Source: Saccharolobus solfataricus P2
GTDB taxonomy: Archaea; Thermoproteota; Thermoprotei_A; Sulfolobales; Sulfolobaceae
Direction: 5' to 3' (one strand)
Assembly: GCF_000007005.1 (NCBI RefSeq)
Contig: NC_002754.1
DNA: 64,000 nucleotides
Part shown: piece by piece, positions 49,344-64,000 of the stretch
Layout: each line of letters begins with the position of its first letter
Position numbering within the stretch: position 1 is the stretch's first letter
The notes under the pieces: generated by a model
What the model was told of the DNA's origin: nothing
The model's input: the letters and a program-made list of their open reading frames with translations, nothing else
The model's database searches: none
Made by a program: the position numbers and the translations under genes

Positions 49344-49430
49344 GCCGGAGTAGCTCAGTTGGCAGAGCGCCCGGCTGTTATGCCGGGTGCAGAAACCGGG
49401 TGGTCGGAGGTTCGAGTCCTCCCTCCGGCG
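49344..49430 (+). tRNA. tRNA-Asn(GTT) with 14-nt intron at 37/38 (49381-49394)
   Basis: Acceptor GCCGGAG/CTCCGGC; CCCGG-CTGTTA[intron]A-CCGGG; bulge-helix-bulge CTGT/GCAG with TAT and AAA bulges. Confidence 0.93.
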
Positions 49431-49747
49431 CTATTCTAGAAGTTCGTCACTAGAAATTCGATACGAAAATAAATCAACACGTAAAGTATGTTTTATGCAA
49501 AATCATGTCTAATTGAGATCACGAATCTTTATGGGAGTCTATGATCCTCTGGATTGTCCATAAATGAGAGATATGAACAATAATCGATGATGGGATCGCT
49601 GGAGGAGAAGGGAATCGGTCTTATTTATCGGTTCTTGTTTTACAATCTTGGGCATGAAAATCTTCATATCTACTTTCTTTCACCTTTCTCTAAAATTCAA
49701 GACCAATTGCCAATAAATATCACAAATTAACTATAAAGATTTATATG

Positions 49748-49832
<85 letters not shown>

Positions 49833-49872
49833 ACTACTTTAATAGTATACTTTATCCCTTTTTATGCTTTAT

Positions 49873-50182
49873 GGGGCCAGACCCCCTACCCCATGGCCTA
49901 CCTATCTATAGGTTTACCCCAGTTTCACTCTGGCTGTTGACCAGCGAACGCTGGCGTCCAGGCACGGCTGCTCCCTTCCGGGCCTCGCCGATTCCCCCAG
50001 CTATCATGGTACTTTCTCTCCCTCCGGAGAGAAAGCCCATGACCGCCAAGCCCCGCTGGGCAGCCTTCATCGCTCCACTGGGACCTACAGATAGGAGACA
50101 CCATAGGGTAGGAGTTACTGGTGCCCGCATTACGCCTTGCGGGTAATAGGGATTGGCGAGATCCCCCACCCTCCCTGACCCC
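49873..50182 (-). ncRNA. ffs: Signal recognition particle (7S) RNA
   Basis: About 310-nt GC-rich island with helix-8 GGCCCGGAAGGGAGCAGCC, helix-6 GGAG loop and paired GGGGTCAG/CTGGCCCC ends. Confidence 0.93.
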
Positions 50183-50237
50183 ATCTTTATATATATCCTT
50201 ATTATTTTTAAGAGTATTGATAAAGGTCAAGAGTTTA

Positions 50238-51206
50238 CTATATTACTATTGTTGTAGTTTGTAGAATTACTGCTATTACTGCAAATATTGCCTCCATTCC
50301 CCATAAAATTATAACTACTTGATACTCCTTAAATCGACCCATTTTCATTACTATATGTGTTAATGAATGAGGTTTTTCATCCCAATATAATCTACCGCTA
50401 GAGTCTACTTTGCCAAATGATACTCCCTTGAAGTTAGTTCTTAGCTTCAATATAAATTCCACGACGTATGGTATGTAGAGAATTGCTAATGCCGTGTACA
50501 TGAAGCCGGCAATTCCTATAGCTCCTATCAATGCTCCTATGAAGTATGTACCAACATTTCCTGGAAATATTTTCGCAGGATATTTATTAAATATGAGAAA
50601 TGCCGATAGTGAAAAAATTGCTGAAAGCGCTATTAAGCCAGCTTGATATGTGGGACCGGTGTGCGTTAGCCCTATATAAGCCAGTGCGGATAGCATTATT
50701 ATTCCCATACCTACACCTAATCCGTTTAGACCTTCTAACATATTAAAGGCGTTAGATGTTATAGTTAGCGCAAATGGTATTATTATAATATAATAGAATA
50801 TTCCGAAATTTATTGGTCCTAAAAACGGAATTGATATTATGGAATGCCCGACACTGTAAACTATTAGTGGAACTGATGCGAAAATTGGCAAGAAAGCCCT
50901 TACTGATTGTCTAACGTTAAATATATCGTCCAATAGTCCAAGAAACGCTATAAGTAGTGAGGAGAGTATTACGGCGGGAATAACTCTTTCACTCCTTACA
51001 TCAGTTAATAATAAGGAGAAAGATCCGGCTATAAATCCAGCTATTATACCTATCCCACCCAATAATGGTATTTCTGGCTTATCTGGTTTATTTATATCCT
51101 TACCTACGAATCTACTCTTTTTAGCTTGTCTTATTACCCAGACCGTTGTAATATAGCTTATGAAAAAGGAAATTAAAATTGGGAGTAGTATTGCAAGTAT
51201 TCTCAT
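50238..51206 (-). CDS. aglH: UDP-GlcNAc:dolichol-phosphate GlcNAc-1-phosphotransferase
   Basis: GKDINK, GLLDD, NAFNMLEGLNG, FNKYPAKIFPGN and PHSL. Confidence 0.9.
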   Translation of the reverse strand: MRILAILLPILISFFISYITTVWVIRQAKKSRFVGKDINKPDKPEIPLLGGIGIIAGFIAGSFSLLLTDVRSERVIPAVILSSLLIAFLGLLDDIFNVRQSVRAFLPIFASVPLIVYSVGHSIISIPFLGPINFGIFYYIIIIPFALTITSNAFNMLEGLNGLGVGMGIIMLSALAYIGLTHTGPTYQAGLIALSAIFSLSAFLIFNKYPAKIFPGNVGTYFIGALIGAIGIAGFMYTALAILYIPYVVEFILKLRTNFKGVSFGKVDSSGRLYWDEKPHSLTHIVMKMGRFKEYQVVIILWGMEAIFAVIAVILQTTTIVI

Positions 51207-52205
51207 TTACTTTCTCCTTTGAATGGTAAACTGTGCTAGATACTTTAAAGCCTTTTCAGCAGTTTTATTAGAAACAGGAATTTCACGTAAGTTTTCTATT
51301 GCAAGATCCGAGTATTTTTTAGCTAAATCGTATGCATATTGTAATGAATGTTTTCTTATTATTTCCGAGGCTCTTTCTAGATCTTCTTTTTTAGCTTCCT
51401 TGTTACCAAGTGTTGAAACCAGAATTTTCTTCTCATCTTCAGTAGCTTCACTTAAAGTTTTTATAACTAGAATTGTCTTCTTACCTTCCCTAATATCACT
51501 ATAAATCGGTTTCCCTAGTTCCTTTTCATCTCCAATAATTCCTAGGATATCATCTACTATTTGGAACGATATACCCAAATTTAATCCATATTCGGTTAAT
51601 TTTTTAACCACATCATCATTAGCCTTATTAATTATACCACCTAACGCTGCAGAGCATGAAAACAGCATCGCGGTCTTTCCTTTTATCATTTGTATATACT
51701 CTTCCTCAGTTACGTCAAGTCTGTTCTCAAATGACATATCCATTGCTTGACCTTCAGATATTATCTCAATAGAAGTGATAAATATAGAAAATGCCTTATA
51801 AAAAGTATTGCCGTCAAGACCCTTTAGTGCCTCATTTAAGGCTTCAAAAGCCTTTGCGTGTAAGTAATCCCCCGCAAGTATTGCCATTGGTTCACCCCAC
51901 TTTACATGAACAGTTGGTAATCCTCTTCTCAGACCATCGTTGTCCATAATATCATCGTGGACTAGAGTAAAATTGTGAAGAATTTCTACGGCTGCAGCTG
52001 CCTTGTATGCCCTTTCTCTGTCCCCGCCAATTAAGTCTGAAGATGAAACCAACACTAATGGTCTAAGTCTTTTACCTCCTGCTGTAAATAAATGAAATGA
52101 TGCTTCCTCAAGCGTCTTAAAATTGCTCTTTACAAAATTTTTTATCCGAAAATTTACATTGTTAACTATCTCGTTAAAATATAAACTTAGATCATCACTA
52201 CTCAT
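51207..52205 (-). CDS. gds: Geranylgeranyl diphosphate synthase
   Basis: GGKRLRP, HDDIMD...RRG, KT and FQIVDDILG. Confidence 0.95.
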   Translation of the reverse strand: MSSDDLSLYFNEIVNNVNFRIKNFVKSNFKTLEEASFHLFTAGGKRLRPLVLVSSSDLIGGDRERAYKAAAAVEILHNFTLVHDDIMDNDGLRRGLPTVHVKWGEPMAILAGDYLHAKAFEALNEALKGLDGNTFYKAFSIFITSIEIISEGQAMDMSFENRLDVTEEEYIQMIKGKTAMLFSCSAALGGIINKANDDVVKKLTEYGLNLGISFQIVDDILGIIGDEKELGKPIYSDIREGKKTILVIKTLSEATEDEKKILVSTLGNKEAKKEDLERASEIIRKHSLQYAYDLAKKYSDLAIENLREIPVSNKTAEKALKYLAQFTIQRRK

Positions 52206-52206
52206 T

Positions 52207-54031
<1,825 letters not shown>

Positions 54032-54625
54032 TTATTTATTTGCAAATATGGTAATGAATATATGGCGCTCCATAGTCCATTTTCAACTTCTATTAAATTT
54101 CTTGATTTACTCTCAATATATTCAACCGGAATAATGCCAGCTAGATGAACTAGTGAGTTATCTAAATATTTAGGATTATTATCAAAAGGATATGAGGAAA
54201 TTATTTTTATTCTAATTGGTTCCAACTGAACCGTAATTGGTTCCTCACCATCTCTAAATAGAATAGGAGAGTTAAGTTGCAGTGAGGTTCTAAGTGCTTT
54301 AACCAAGAAGTTTGGAGGAAATATCGCTTCATCCACTAGGTGAAGTATTTCAAATCTCTCATCTTCACTAATTGGAATTCCACATCGCCTTATAGCGTCA
54401 TTTGCTAGCTTATCAGTAATGTAAATATAGTATGAAGAGAAAGGAATCGACGAATCCCAATAAACCTCCTCTTTAATACACTCAAAACCTACTGCCTCAT
54501 TGAATTGCATTATGAACTGTCTGATCGCCTCAGTATTTACAAAAATGTTTAATGGTTCTATAATTCCATCAAGCACTAGAATAGGATTATTTACTCCTTT
54601 AAGAGGGATTCCCAGAAACGGAACT

Positions 54626-55480
54626 TTAACTTCCAAACCGCGCTGCAAGATAACCCACAACTGAATCTTTAGGTCCCGAAGTATCACCAGAAGTTGCATG
54701 TTTTAAAATATAGGCTTTTTTACCTAACTTCTTAGCTAGAATTAGACTAACCATTATAGGACCATAACCGCATAAAGTAACATCCTTGCCTTCTACAACC
54801 TCATATAAACCTCTATAATCTAATTGCTGAATTTTTTCTATTGCTTCCTCGTCCTTTTTCATTGTAATTTCATGGGGGTCATAGTGATTCATATCACTAC
54901 TAGCCAATACCACTATATCCTTATCCGAATACTTTTGTATAACCTTATAAATAGCATCTGCTAGGAATTCAGCAATCTCTGGCGTTTGCATCATAATAAC
55001 AATTGGAACTATCTTAAAGTTATCATCAAAAAAGTATTGCAAAAAAGGTAATTGAACCTCAATTGAATGTTCGTATAAGTGTGACTTTTCTTCCAGATCT
55101 ATTACTTCAGATTCCATAACTAATTGCATAAGAACCTCTTCATCTACTTTTACGCTACCTAATGGAGTTTCCCATTCTCCCTTAGGCCAAGCTGAAACAT
55201 AAGAACCTAAACCAGTATGATTAGGACCTAATATTATCACAACGTCTGGCTTACCTTCTGAAGCTAAATAATAATATGAGTGAGCTGCAACTGGACCACT
55301 ATAAATATATCCAGCATGTGGTACGATAAAAAATAAATTATCTCTTTTCTTCTTCTCGTAAGATTGTTTAGGAATATCTCTGGGACCTATATTGTGTCTG
55401 AATGACCATTCAATCTGCATTTTAAGTTTTTTAGGATCTGATTCATAAAAAGAACCTGCAACAGCTGGTAATCTCCTCAT
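54626..55480 (-). CDS. MEMO1 family protein (COG1355)
   Basis: [39 protein letters not shown] and CG.GP. Confidence 0.92.
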   Translation of the reverse strand: MRRLPAVAGSFYESDPKKLKMQIEWSFRHNIGPRDIPKQSYEKKKRDNLFFIVPHAGYIYSGPVAAHSYYYLASEGKPDVVIILGPNHTGLGSYVSAWPKGEWETPLGSVKVDEEVLMQLVMESEVIDLEEKSHLYEHSIEVQLPFLQYFFDDNFKIVPIVIMMQTPEIAEFLADAIYKVIQKYSDKDIVVLASSDMNHYDPHEITMKKDEEAIEKIQQLDYRGLYEVVEGKDVTLCGYGPIMVSLILAKKLGKKAYILKHATSGDTSGPKDSVVGYLAARFGS

Positions 55481-56172
55481 TGAACAAGCCTCATCTCGAA
55501 CTCACTTACTGGTACTGCCAAATCACCATCTGGAGGAATTACTCTTCTTTCTCTGAGTATCTGCCTTGCTAATGCCCAATATAATAACGCCAACGATTTT
55601 CTGCCTTTATTATTAGCTGGTATTATGAGATCGATATAATCAATTTTAGCATCGGTATCAGCAAAAGCGACAATTGGTATTCCTACTTTAGCTGCTTCTT
55701 TTATTGCTTGAGTATCAGTTCTAGGATCGGAAACTAACAATACTTTCGGCTCTATATATGTTGACAAGTAGGGGTTTGTAAACGTTCCCGGTATTATTCT
55801 ACCTACTAGCGCTCTAGATCCTACAACTTCTGCAAACTTTTGAACTGGCCTATATGCATAGGGTCTACTTGCTACCACAATTATGTCTTGTGGATCATAC
55901 CTCGATAAGAACTTGGCCGCAATTCTTAATCTTTCATCTATCTTTCTAACATCCAATACATATAATCCTTCTGCTCGCACTCTATACACAAAACTCTCCA
56001 TGTATTTAGTACAACTATGAGTGCCTATATGAACTCCAGCTGAAAGATATGTGTCTACTGGGACTAGTAATTCTATTATTGCACCTTTTTCGGATTTTCT
56101 TAATTCCTCTTTTTCTGCTTCAGTTAATTCTCCTCCTCTTTCTTCTTTTTCACTCAAATTGGTCACCTTCAA
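55477..56172 (-). CDS. rps2: 30S ribosomal protein S2 (uS2)
   Basis: [16 protein letters not shown] and IPANNKG. Confidence 0.97.
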
Positions 56173-56369
56173 ATTGGTCTAGTATAGTGGATTACTTCGT
56201 TAATTATATCTACGTGGGATAAAAGCATTCTTCTACAACAATATCTTTTTACTCCTAAATCATCAAGAACCTTTCCTGGATTCTCTCCAGCATTAACTCT
56301 CGTTATAAATGACTGCCATTTATCAGCAATCAATGAGCCACATGTAAAACATCTAATTGGGATTAACAT
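56169..56369 (-). CDS. rpoN: RNA polymerase subunit N (Rpo10)
   Basis: PIRCFTCG...RYCCRRMLL. Confidence 0.97.
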
Positions 56370-56375
56370 TTCAAT

Positions 56376-56789
56376 TCACCTATACGACTTCTGCCTCCAT
56401 CTCCTTGCACTATATCTCATCCACTTCTCTGATTCCGTCTGCCTTGGATCTCCAGCTAACATTGTCCTATCATAAGCCCTATATATCTTCTCTAATTCCT
56501 TACTACCAGTAAATTTAACCAACGCCCTAGCTAAAGCCATCCTAGCAGCATCAGCTTGACCCATTATCCCACCACCATAAGTTATTATTTTAGCATCTAT
56601 TTTTGATCTAATATCATTCCCAGCTAAAAGTAATGGTTCCATGATTTTCAATCTTACCATTTCAATTGGTATTAACTCAATTGGTACGTTATTTACGAAG
56701 ACTCTTCCTTTTCCAGCATATATATAACATGTAGCTCTAGCTGTCTTTCTCCTAGCACTGGAAATAACTAATTTCTGTTCTTCACTCAT
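56376..56789 (-). CDS. rps9: 30S ribosomal protein S9 (uS9)
   Basis: RKTARA, GGG..GQA.A and ARRWRQKSYR. Confidence 0.97.
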   Translation of the reverse strand: MSEEQKLVISSARRKTARATCYIYAGKGRVFVNNVPIELIPIEMVRLKIMEPLLLAGNDIRSKIDAKIITYGGGIMGQADAARMALARALVKFTGSKELEKIYRAYDRTMLAGDPRQTESEKWMRYSARRWRQKSYR

Positions 56790-57231
56790 CCACTCCACCC
56801 TAGCTCTTTTGAAACCACTTCTACTGTAACATACTTACCTTTAAGTCTACTCACATCAGAGTCTGGGAATTTAATAAATTGTCTCCCCTCGAATTCTTTT
56901 GGCACCCCAACATATATCTTAACGTTCTTTAACATTCTACGTCCTTTACTGCTTTTAGGTAGCATTCCTCTTATAGTCCTTTTCACTATATTTATTGGTG
57001 ATCTAGGCCTTCTAATCCCATTTCTATAAGGATTAAAAAGCGTTTTTACGGTTAAAAGTAATTTGTAAGACTCAATAACTCTGTTCTTCTCTCCACTTAT
57101 TACCGCTTTCTCCCCATTTACTATAATTACCTTTTTGCCTTCCTTTAAAAGCCTAACTACGTTACTAGCCATCCTACCTAAGATCTGACCTTCTGCGTTA
57201 ATTATGACCACTTGCTCTTGAACTTGCGTGC

Positions 57232-57235
<4 letters not shown>
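56786..57235 (-). CDS. rpl13: 50S ribosomal protein L13 (uL13)
   Basis: GRMAS, N.EKAVISG and RGMLP. Confidence 0.96.
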
Positions 57236-58778
<1,543 letters not shown>

Positions 58779-58795
<17 letters not shown>

Positions 58796-59324
58796 CTATC
58801 TCACCTCCTTCTTGTTGAGACATAACTGGTGGTCTTGACTTAAATGAAGAAGTAACATAATAATCTATTAGATTTTCCTCATCTACATTGACAATATATC
58901 CTGGAGATGTAACTCTTTTGCCATTAACCGCAATATGTCCATGAGTTATTAACTGCCTAGCTTGATATATCGTATTTGACAATCCTTTCTTATACACTAT
59001 AGTCTGTAATCTTCTCTCTAATAGATCTTGCTCAGTTAAACTTAGAATATCATCTACGGTTGCGGTTTCTTTCTTTAATAAGCCCATCTTTAACAGTTTC
59101 CCAACTAGCTGCTTTTCCCTAACAGCTCTCTCTGCAGGCGGCAATGCTAATAATGATCTTGCTTGGTGTCTGAACTTTCTAATTATTGACTGCGCTATCC
59201 AGATTTCCCTTTTATTCCTTAAACCATATTTTCCTAATAGTTCTTGCTCATAACCTATTCTCTCTTTTATCCAAGGATGTCCTGGGGTTTCCCACTTTTT
59301 CCTACTTTTCTTCGGATCTCCCAT
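58779..59324 (-). CDS. rps4: 30S ribosomal protein S4 (uS4)
   Basis: [14 protein letters not shown] and [10 protein letters not shown]. Confidence 0.97.
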
Positions 59325-59334
59325 CTAAATCACC

Positions 59335-59832
59335 TTAAGAGGATTTTTGTTGTTGAGAAGAAGATTGTTGAGATTGTGGTTGAGCTGCTTTCTTTCTAGC
59401 CACACCTATAGTCATACCAGTTCTCCCTGTAGTCCTAGTTCTTTGTCCTCTAACCTTTAAGCCTAACGAATGCCTAACTCCTCTCCAACTTCTACTCTTC
59501 TTCTCTCTTTCTATATCATTTCTTACATAGAAGATCAAATCAGAAGTCACTAAATGTAAATCTAAACCACTCTCGTAATCTTTACGCCTATTATATAACC
59601 AACTAGGTAACCCTTTAATTGTATGATCGCTTATTACAGATTCAACTTTCTTTACTTCAGCATCAGATAGTTCCCCTAATCTCGCATTTGGATCCATTCC
59701 TAGTTTTCGTATTATCGCTTTCGCAGTGTTGTAACCAATTCCTTTTACCATCGCTAGGGCATAAGGTAATTTCATAGTTCCATCTACATCTTGCCCGAAA
59801 ATTCTAACAACATACTTAAACTGTTGACTCAT
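59335..59832 (-). CDS. rps13: 30S ribosomal protein S13 (uS13)
   Basis: VKGIG, LPSWL.NR and [11 protein letters not shown]. Confidence 0.97.
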   Translation of the reverse strand: MSQQFKYVVRIFGQDVDGTMKLPYALAMVKGIGYNTAKAIIRKLGMDPNARLGELSDAEVKKVESVISDHTIKGLPSWLYNRRKDYESGLDLHLVTSDLIFYVRNDIEREKKSRSWRGVRHSLGLKVRGQRTRTTGRTGMTIGVARKKAAQPQSQQSSSQQQKSS

Positions 59833-59852
59833 TAAGTATCAGCTTGTATGGT

Positions 59853-61130
59853 CTATGTAAAACTAGTTTTTAAGTTTTTCAATACGTTATCCATTTTTGT
59901 TTTAGCCTCAGCTATAGCATAATCTAAACGGTTTGATATATATTCTATGCTATAAGGTGAATAATTCCCAAAATATTTCTTTATAGGAGTATAAGGACTT
60001 TCTCTAAATTGTGGCTTAAGTTCTTTCCCATCATATGTAATTATAGGATATTGTCTGAAATCATCTATATAACCTACAATTTCGCTTCTAATATTATATT
60101 GAGCCAACCTCTTTTTAACTAAATCTGGATTATCAGTAAATATAAGTATTGAATCAATTGATATACCAAAAGGATCTATGTTAATCTCATTCAGCATCTT
60201 TCTAACCTTTGGATTTATTAATGAAAGAAACTTCTCCTCATCTATTACAAAACTTAAGTTAGTTATCTTCGAAACCTCCAGAGCATCAGCACGTATCCCT
60301 CCGTTAGTAACATCTGTCATAGAATAAACGTCGCTTGACAAATAATCTCTAACTATAATACAAGTAAGTAAGTCTTTTATGTTAAGCGTCTCCGAAATTA
60401 CATCAGGCATACCATTATATATTGCTGTAGTTGCAATAGTTCCACCGCCATTTCCTTCAGTCATGAGTATTTTTAGCCCCTTCTTCACTCTTTTCCTTAA
60501 GAAATCCTTAGACTTTAATATTCCTATTGAACCTACAGCACCACTTATCCTATCTCCTAAAACTAAATCGCCACCTATTCTTAATGTGCTACCAGCCAGT
60601 ATTGGGATATCTAAAGCTTTACTAATAGTAGTTACACCTGCTTCAAAGTCTATCAACATTCCTATATCGCTATCATCAGAAAGGTGTATGTCCACAATTA
60701 GACCTAATGGGTATGCCCCCTTAACCATAATATCCCGCAATGTTGCTCTAGTAGCATAAAAGCCGGCTAGGAACGGAAAATAAGATAGCCTAGAATGGAT
60801 ACCATCTATGGAGACGACTACGTTTTCCCTAATTCCAGCATCATCATATTCTTCGATTTGCTTACCAGCTAACTCAAATAACTTAGTATGTATTAAATTA
60901 TCACCTATACCTCTAGATCCTAATCCGGCTTCCCCAGCTCTTATGTTAGTTTTAGGAAAACCAAATTTATCATCGGCCTTCATGGAATTAATAACTTCAG
61001 TCAAAATAACGTTAGAGATTTCTTCTGCATTATACCTATCACTCTTATAGAACCTTATTTCCTCTATTAGTTTAGTTTTTGCTTTTTCAATGTCCGGATA
61101 AAGTCTTCTTACTATTCCCTCTAGATCCAT
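59853..61130 (-). CDS. AIR synthase-related (PurM/HypE/ThiL superfamily) protein
   Basis: GLGSRG.GD, DDAG, IDG.HSRLS.FPF, MTDVTNGGIR and ESPYTP. Confidence 0.75.
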   Translation of the reverse strand: MDLEGIVRRLYPDIEKAKTKLIEEIRFYKSDRYNAEEISNVILTEVINSMKADDKFGFPKTNIRAGEAGLGSRGIGDNLIHTKLFELAGKQIEEYDDAGIRENVVVSIDGIHSRLSYFPFLAGFYATRATLRDIMVKGAYPLGLIVDIHLSDDSDIGMLIDFEAGVTTISKALDIPILAGSTLRIGGDLVLGDRISGAVGSIGILKSKDFLRKRVKKGLKILMTEGNGGGTIATTAIYNGMPDVISETLNIKDLLTCIIVRDYLSSDVYSMTDVTNGGIRADALEVSKITNLSFVIDEEKFLSLINPKVRKMLNEINIDPFGISIDSILIFTDNPDLVKKRLAQYNIRSEIVGYIDDFRQYPIITYDGKELKPQFRESPYTPIKKYFGNYSPYSIEYISNRLDYAIAEAKTKMDNVLKNLKTSFT

Positions 61131-61334
61131 TAACGCAAAATATAATGCCATTATAATATATTTTTCTCATCAAGTGATTAGACGTATTTTGTTTTAAAAT
61201 ACAATAAGAGTAAACTACTATATGTTAATTTTTACAAATATATAACCAAAAAGATTCACGTAAAAATTAAGGTCGTGTTTATCATGAAATTACGGGATAA
61301 TAATAGCTTTTTTAGTAGTAGTGGCGTAATAAAT

Positions 61335-61688
61335 ATGGGACAAAAATTGCCACCTACAAACAAACCTTCTTTTGAAAAGTTATATGACTGTGAAACTGAA
61401 AGTTGTATTCAAAAACTAGTAGATGATTATATTTATAATTTAATAACTGACAATAATAATATTAATAATTATACCACATTCAAGTTATTTAAAGATGAGG
61501 ATGATAATGAACATAAATTCGTTTTAAATGAAAAAGTGATGTTAAATAGTTACTTATTTATCAAAGTACTTCTAAGGAGAATACTTGAGACAGATCTCGA
61601 TTTTGAATACGTAGTTGAGGACCTCGAGAAAAAATTGGGAAATACACATCCAGTTGTTCTCTTTTTGAAACAATTCAAAGATGATTAG
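61335..61688 (+). CDS. Hypothetical protein
   Basis: About 117 aa from ATG 61335; no motif recognised. Confidence 0.5.
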   Translation: MGQKLPPTNKPSFEKLYDCETESCIQKLVDDYIYNLITDNNNINNYTTFKLFKDEDDNEHKFVLNEKVMLNSYLFIKVLLRRILETDLDFEYVVEDLEKKLGNTHPVVLFLKQFKDD

Positions 61689-61733
61689 TGCTTTTTTACT
61701 TAAACTTCTCTTTACTTTTTGGGGAAACTGATT

Positions 61734-62819
61734 ATGAGTATCGATCAAAGGTTACAGCTTATAATGAGAAATACAGCTGAAGTTATAACTATAGATGAAT
61801 TAAGGAAAAAATTAGAATCTGATGAGAAATTAAAGGGTTATATAGGATTTGAGCCAAGTGGATTATTCCACATTGGATGGCTAATCTGGACACAAAAAGT
61901 GAAAGATTTAGTAGAAGCAGGCATTAATATGACATTATTAAGAGCAGCTTGGCACGCATGGATTAACGATAAGTTGGGTGGAGATATGAACCTAATAAAA
62001 ATGGCTGCTGACTACGCAGTTGAGGTAATAAAGAATTACGGAGTCGACGTAGGTAAGTTGAACATAGTAGATGCTGACGATATAGTTAAGGAGAAAGATT
62101 ATTGGGCTCTTGTGATAAAAGTAGCGAAAAACGCTAGTTTAGCCAGAATAAAAAGAGCACTAACAATAATGGGAAGAAGGGCAGAAGAGGCTGAAATAGA
62201 TGCATCAAAACTGATATATCCAGCCATGCAAGTTAGTGACATATTTTATCTGGATTTAGACATAGCACTAGGAGGAACAGATCAGAGAAAAGCCCACATG
62301 TTAGCAAGAGATGTAGCGGAAAAAATGGGCAAGAAGAAAATAGTATCGATACACACACCACTTTTAGTAGGGCTTCAAGGAGGACAGAGAATGAACATAA
62401 CAGAGGGAATGGAAGAAGACGATATACAAGCTGAAATAAAAATGAGTAAATCAAAGCCAGAATCTGCGATCTTCGTTAATGATAGTAGAGAAGATGTGGA
62501 AAGAAAAATAATGGGTGCATATTGTCCTAAAGGTGTTGCAGAAAATAATCCAATTCTTCAAATATTAAAGTATATCATATTTCCGCGTTATAATTTTGTA
62601 AAGATTGAAAGAGATATTAAATATGGTGGGGACGTTGAATTTAAGGATTACGAGGAATTAGAAAGGACTTATATTGAAGGAAAAATACATCCGATGGATT
62701 TAAAGAAGACTACTGCGAGAAAACTAAATGAGATATTAGAACCTATAAGAAAAAGTTTAGAAAAGAAACCCGAGTTCGAGGAAATGATTCAGAAGATATC
62801 CAAAAGTGTAACAAGGTAA
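61734..62819 (+). CDS. tyrS: Tyrosine--tRNA ligase
   Basis: YIGFEPSG, YPAMQ..D, GG.DQRK.H and KMSKS. Confidence 0.95.
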   Translation: MSIDQRLQLIMRNTAEVITIDELRKKLESDEKLKGYIGFEPSGLFHIGWLIWTQKVKDLVEAGINMTLLRAAWHAWINDKLGGDMNLIKMAADYAVEVIKNYGVDVGKLNIVDADDIVKEKDYWALVIKVAKNASLARIKRALTIMGRRAEEAEIDASKLIYPAMQVSDIFYLDLDIALGGTDQRKAHMLARDVAEKMGKKKIVSIHTPLLVGLQGGQRMNITEGMEEDDIQAEIKMSKSKPESAIFVNDSREDVERKIMGAYCPKGVAENNPILQILKYIIFPRYNFVKIERDIKYGGDVEFKDYEELERTYIEGKIHPMDLKKTTARKLNEILEPIRKSLEKKPEFEEMIQKISKSVTR

Positions 62820-62826
62820 TGTAAAG

Positions 62827-64000
62827 GTGAGCTTCCAAATGAAATATGATATAAGGTTAAGATTTGAAGTAGAGGGTATAGTCGAAAAAACTGATGTAAT
62901 AGGTGCAATATTTGGCCAGACTGAAAACTTATTTGGAGATGAATTCGACCTAAGAGAGTTGCAAGATAAGGGAAGATTGGGAAGGATTATTGTAGAGGTA
63001 AAAACTAAAGGAGGGAAAAGCGAAGGAGAAATAATTATACCATCGAACTTAGACAGAATTGAGACCGCATTAATTGCTGCAATGGTTGAAAGTGTAGATA
63101 AGGTAGGACCATACAATTCAAAATTTGAGCTTATAGAAATAGAAGACATTAGAGCTGAGAAACTTAAAAAAATCATAGAAAGAGCAAAGGGAATTTTGTC
63201 AAGCTGGAGTAAAGAGAAATCACTGGACATAAAGGAAGTAATAAATGAGATAAGTAGCGCAGTAAAGGTAGGGGAAATAACAGAATATGGACCAGAAAGA
63301 TTACCCGCAGGCCCAGACGTGGACAAGGATCCTAATTTAATAATAGTAGAAGGAAGAGCTGATGTAATAAATCTACTCAGATATGGCTACAAAAACGTAA
63401 TAGCAGTAGAAGGAGCCACGTCAAGGATACCGGAAACACTAATTAACTTATCTAAGATGAAGAAGACAGTAATAGCGTTTTTAGACGGAGACCACGGTGG
63501 AGATCTGATACTCAAAGAATTATTAAGTAATAATGTAAAGATAGATTTCGTAGCAAGAGCACCGATTGGCAGAGAGGTAGAAGAACTAACAGGGAAAGAA
63601 ATTGCAAAAGCCCTTTCCAATATGATGCCACTTACTCAATATCTAAAGAAGGTTCAAGAGGCAGAACAAGCAATAGCTAAAAATGTTATTGCAAAAGAAG
63701 AGAAACCAATACAGTCTGAAACTACACAACAAGTAGTCCAGATAACTTTGCCACAAAATATCCTTGAAGAAATCAAGAAACTCCCTGGAACTCTAGAGGG
63801 CGTTCTCTATGATAATAATTGGAATTTGATTGAGAAAGTTCAAGTACGAGATATAATACCTAAGTTAGAGGCTTACGAAGACAATAAAGTAGCTTATATA
63901 ATATTTGATGGGGTAATAACTCAAAGATTATTAGATTTAGCGTCTCAAAAAAACATTAAAATGATAATAGGAGCTAGAATAGGTGGAATAAACAAAAGAC
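62827..64000 (+). CDS. dnaG: Archaeal DnaG (primase-like, exosome subunit), 3' truncated by window
   Basis: Translated by hand: MSFQMKYDI...DVIGAIFGQTE...DLRELQ..GRLGRI; TOPRIM VEGRADV and FLDGDHGG. Open to the end of the window. Confidence 0.95.
   Translation, partial: MSFQMKYDIRLRFEVEGIVEKTDVIGAIFGQTENLFGDEFDLRELQDKGRLGRIIVEVKTKGGKSEGEIIIPSNLDRIETALIAAMVESVDKVGPYNSKFELIEIEDIRAEKLKKIIERAKGILSSWSKEKSLDIKEVINEISSAVKVGEITEYGPERLPAGPDVDKDPNLIIVEGRADVINLLRYGYKNVIAVEGATSRIPETLINLSKMKKTVIAFLDGDHGGDLILKELLSNNVKIDFVARAPIGREVEELTGKEIAKALSNMMPLTQYLKKVQEAEQAIAKNVIAKEEKPIQSETTQQVVQITLPQNILEEIKKLPGTLEGVLYDNNWNLIEKVQVRDIIPKLEAYEDNKVAYIIFDGVITQRLLDLASQKNIKMIIGARIGGINKR

Noticed and set aside
49589-49729. 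Short ORF MGSLEEKGIGLIYRFLFYNLGH... between the tRNAs
   Set aside because: About 46 aa with no motif or coupling; unsupported.

Overview
AT-rich crenarchaeal DNA. Gene content and order match the start of the Saccharolobus (Sulfolobus) solfataricus chromosome, about SSO0001-SSO0079; this is recognised from memory, not from a search. The window is mostly core genome: solo Cas4 nuclease, thiD, ribokinase, two HDAC/AcuC paralogs, pepQ, a large multi-Ig surface protein, a TRIC channel, GAT-QueC, a DUF1998 helicase, moaB, purT, the segC/segAB chromosome-segregation locus, the doxBCE terminal oxidase, Sso7c4 and Sta1 regulators, an ABC exporter, tRNA-Pro/Asn(intron)/Ser, SRP RNA, the aglH-gds-fni-ipk lipid cluster, the rps13-rps4-rps11-rpoD-rpl18e-rpl13-rps9-rpoN-rps2 superoperon, tyrS and a partial dnaG. 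Mobile DNA is confined to 35.3-37.9 kb: an IS630 element with a frameshifted transposase and an IS5 element knocked out by a 183-bp MITE. There is no CRISPR array. The best leads are a very compact, catalytically intact solo TnpB with no visible transposon context, a 4xCBS + HPF/RaiA-like ribosome-hibernation candidate, two C/D-box sRNAs (one antisense to segC), small ORFs missed by the track (29, 59 and 54 aa), an atypical HipA-like kinase, and a probable degenerate mevalonate kinase at the usual mvk position.
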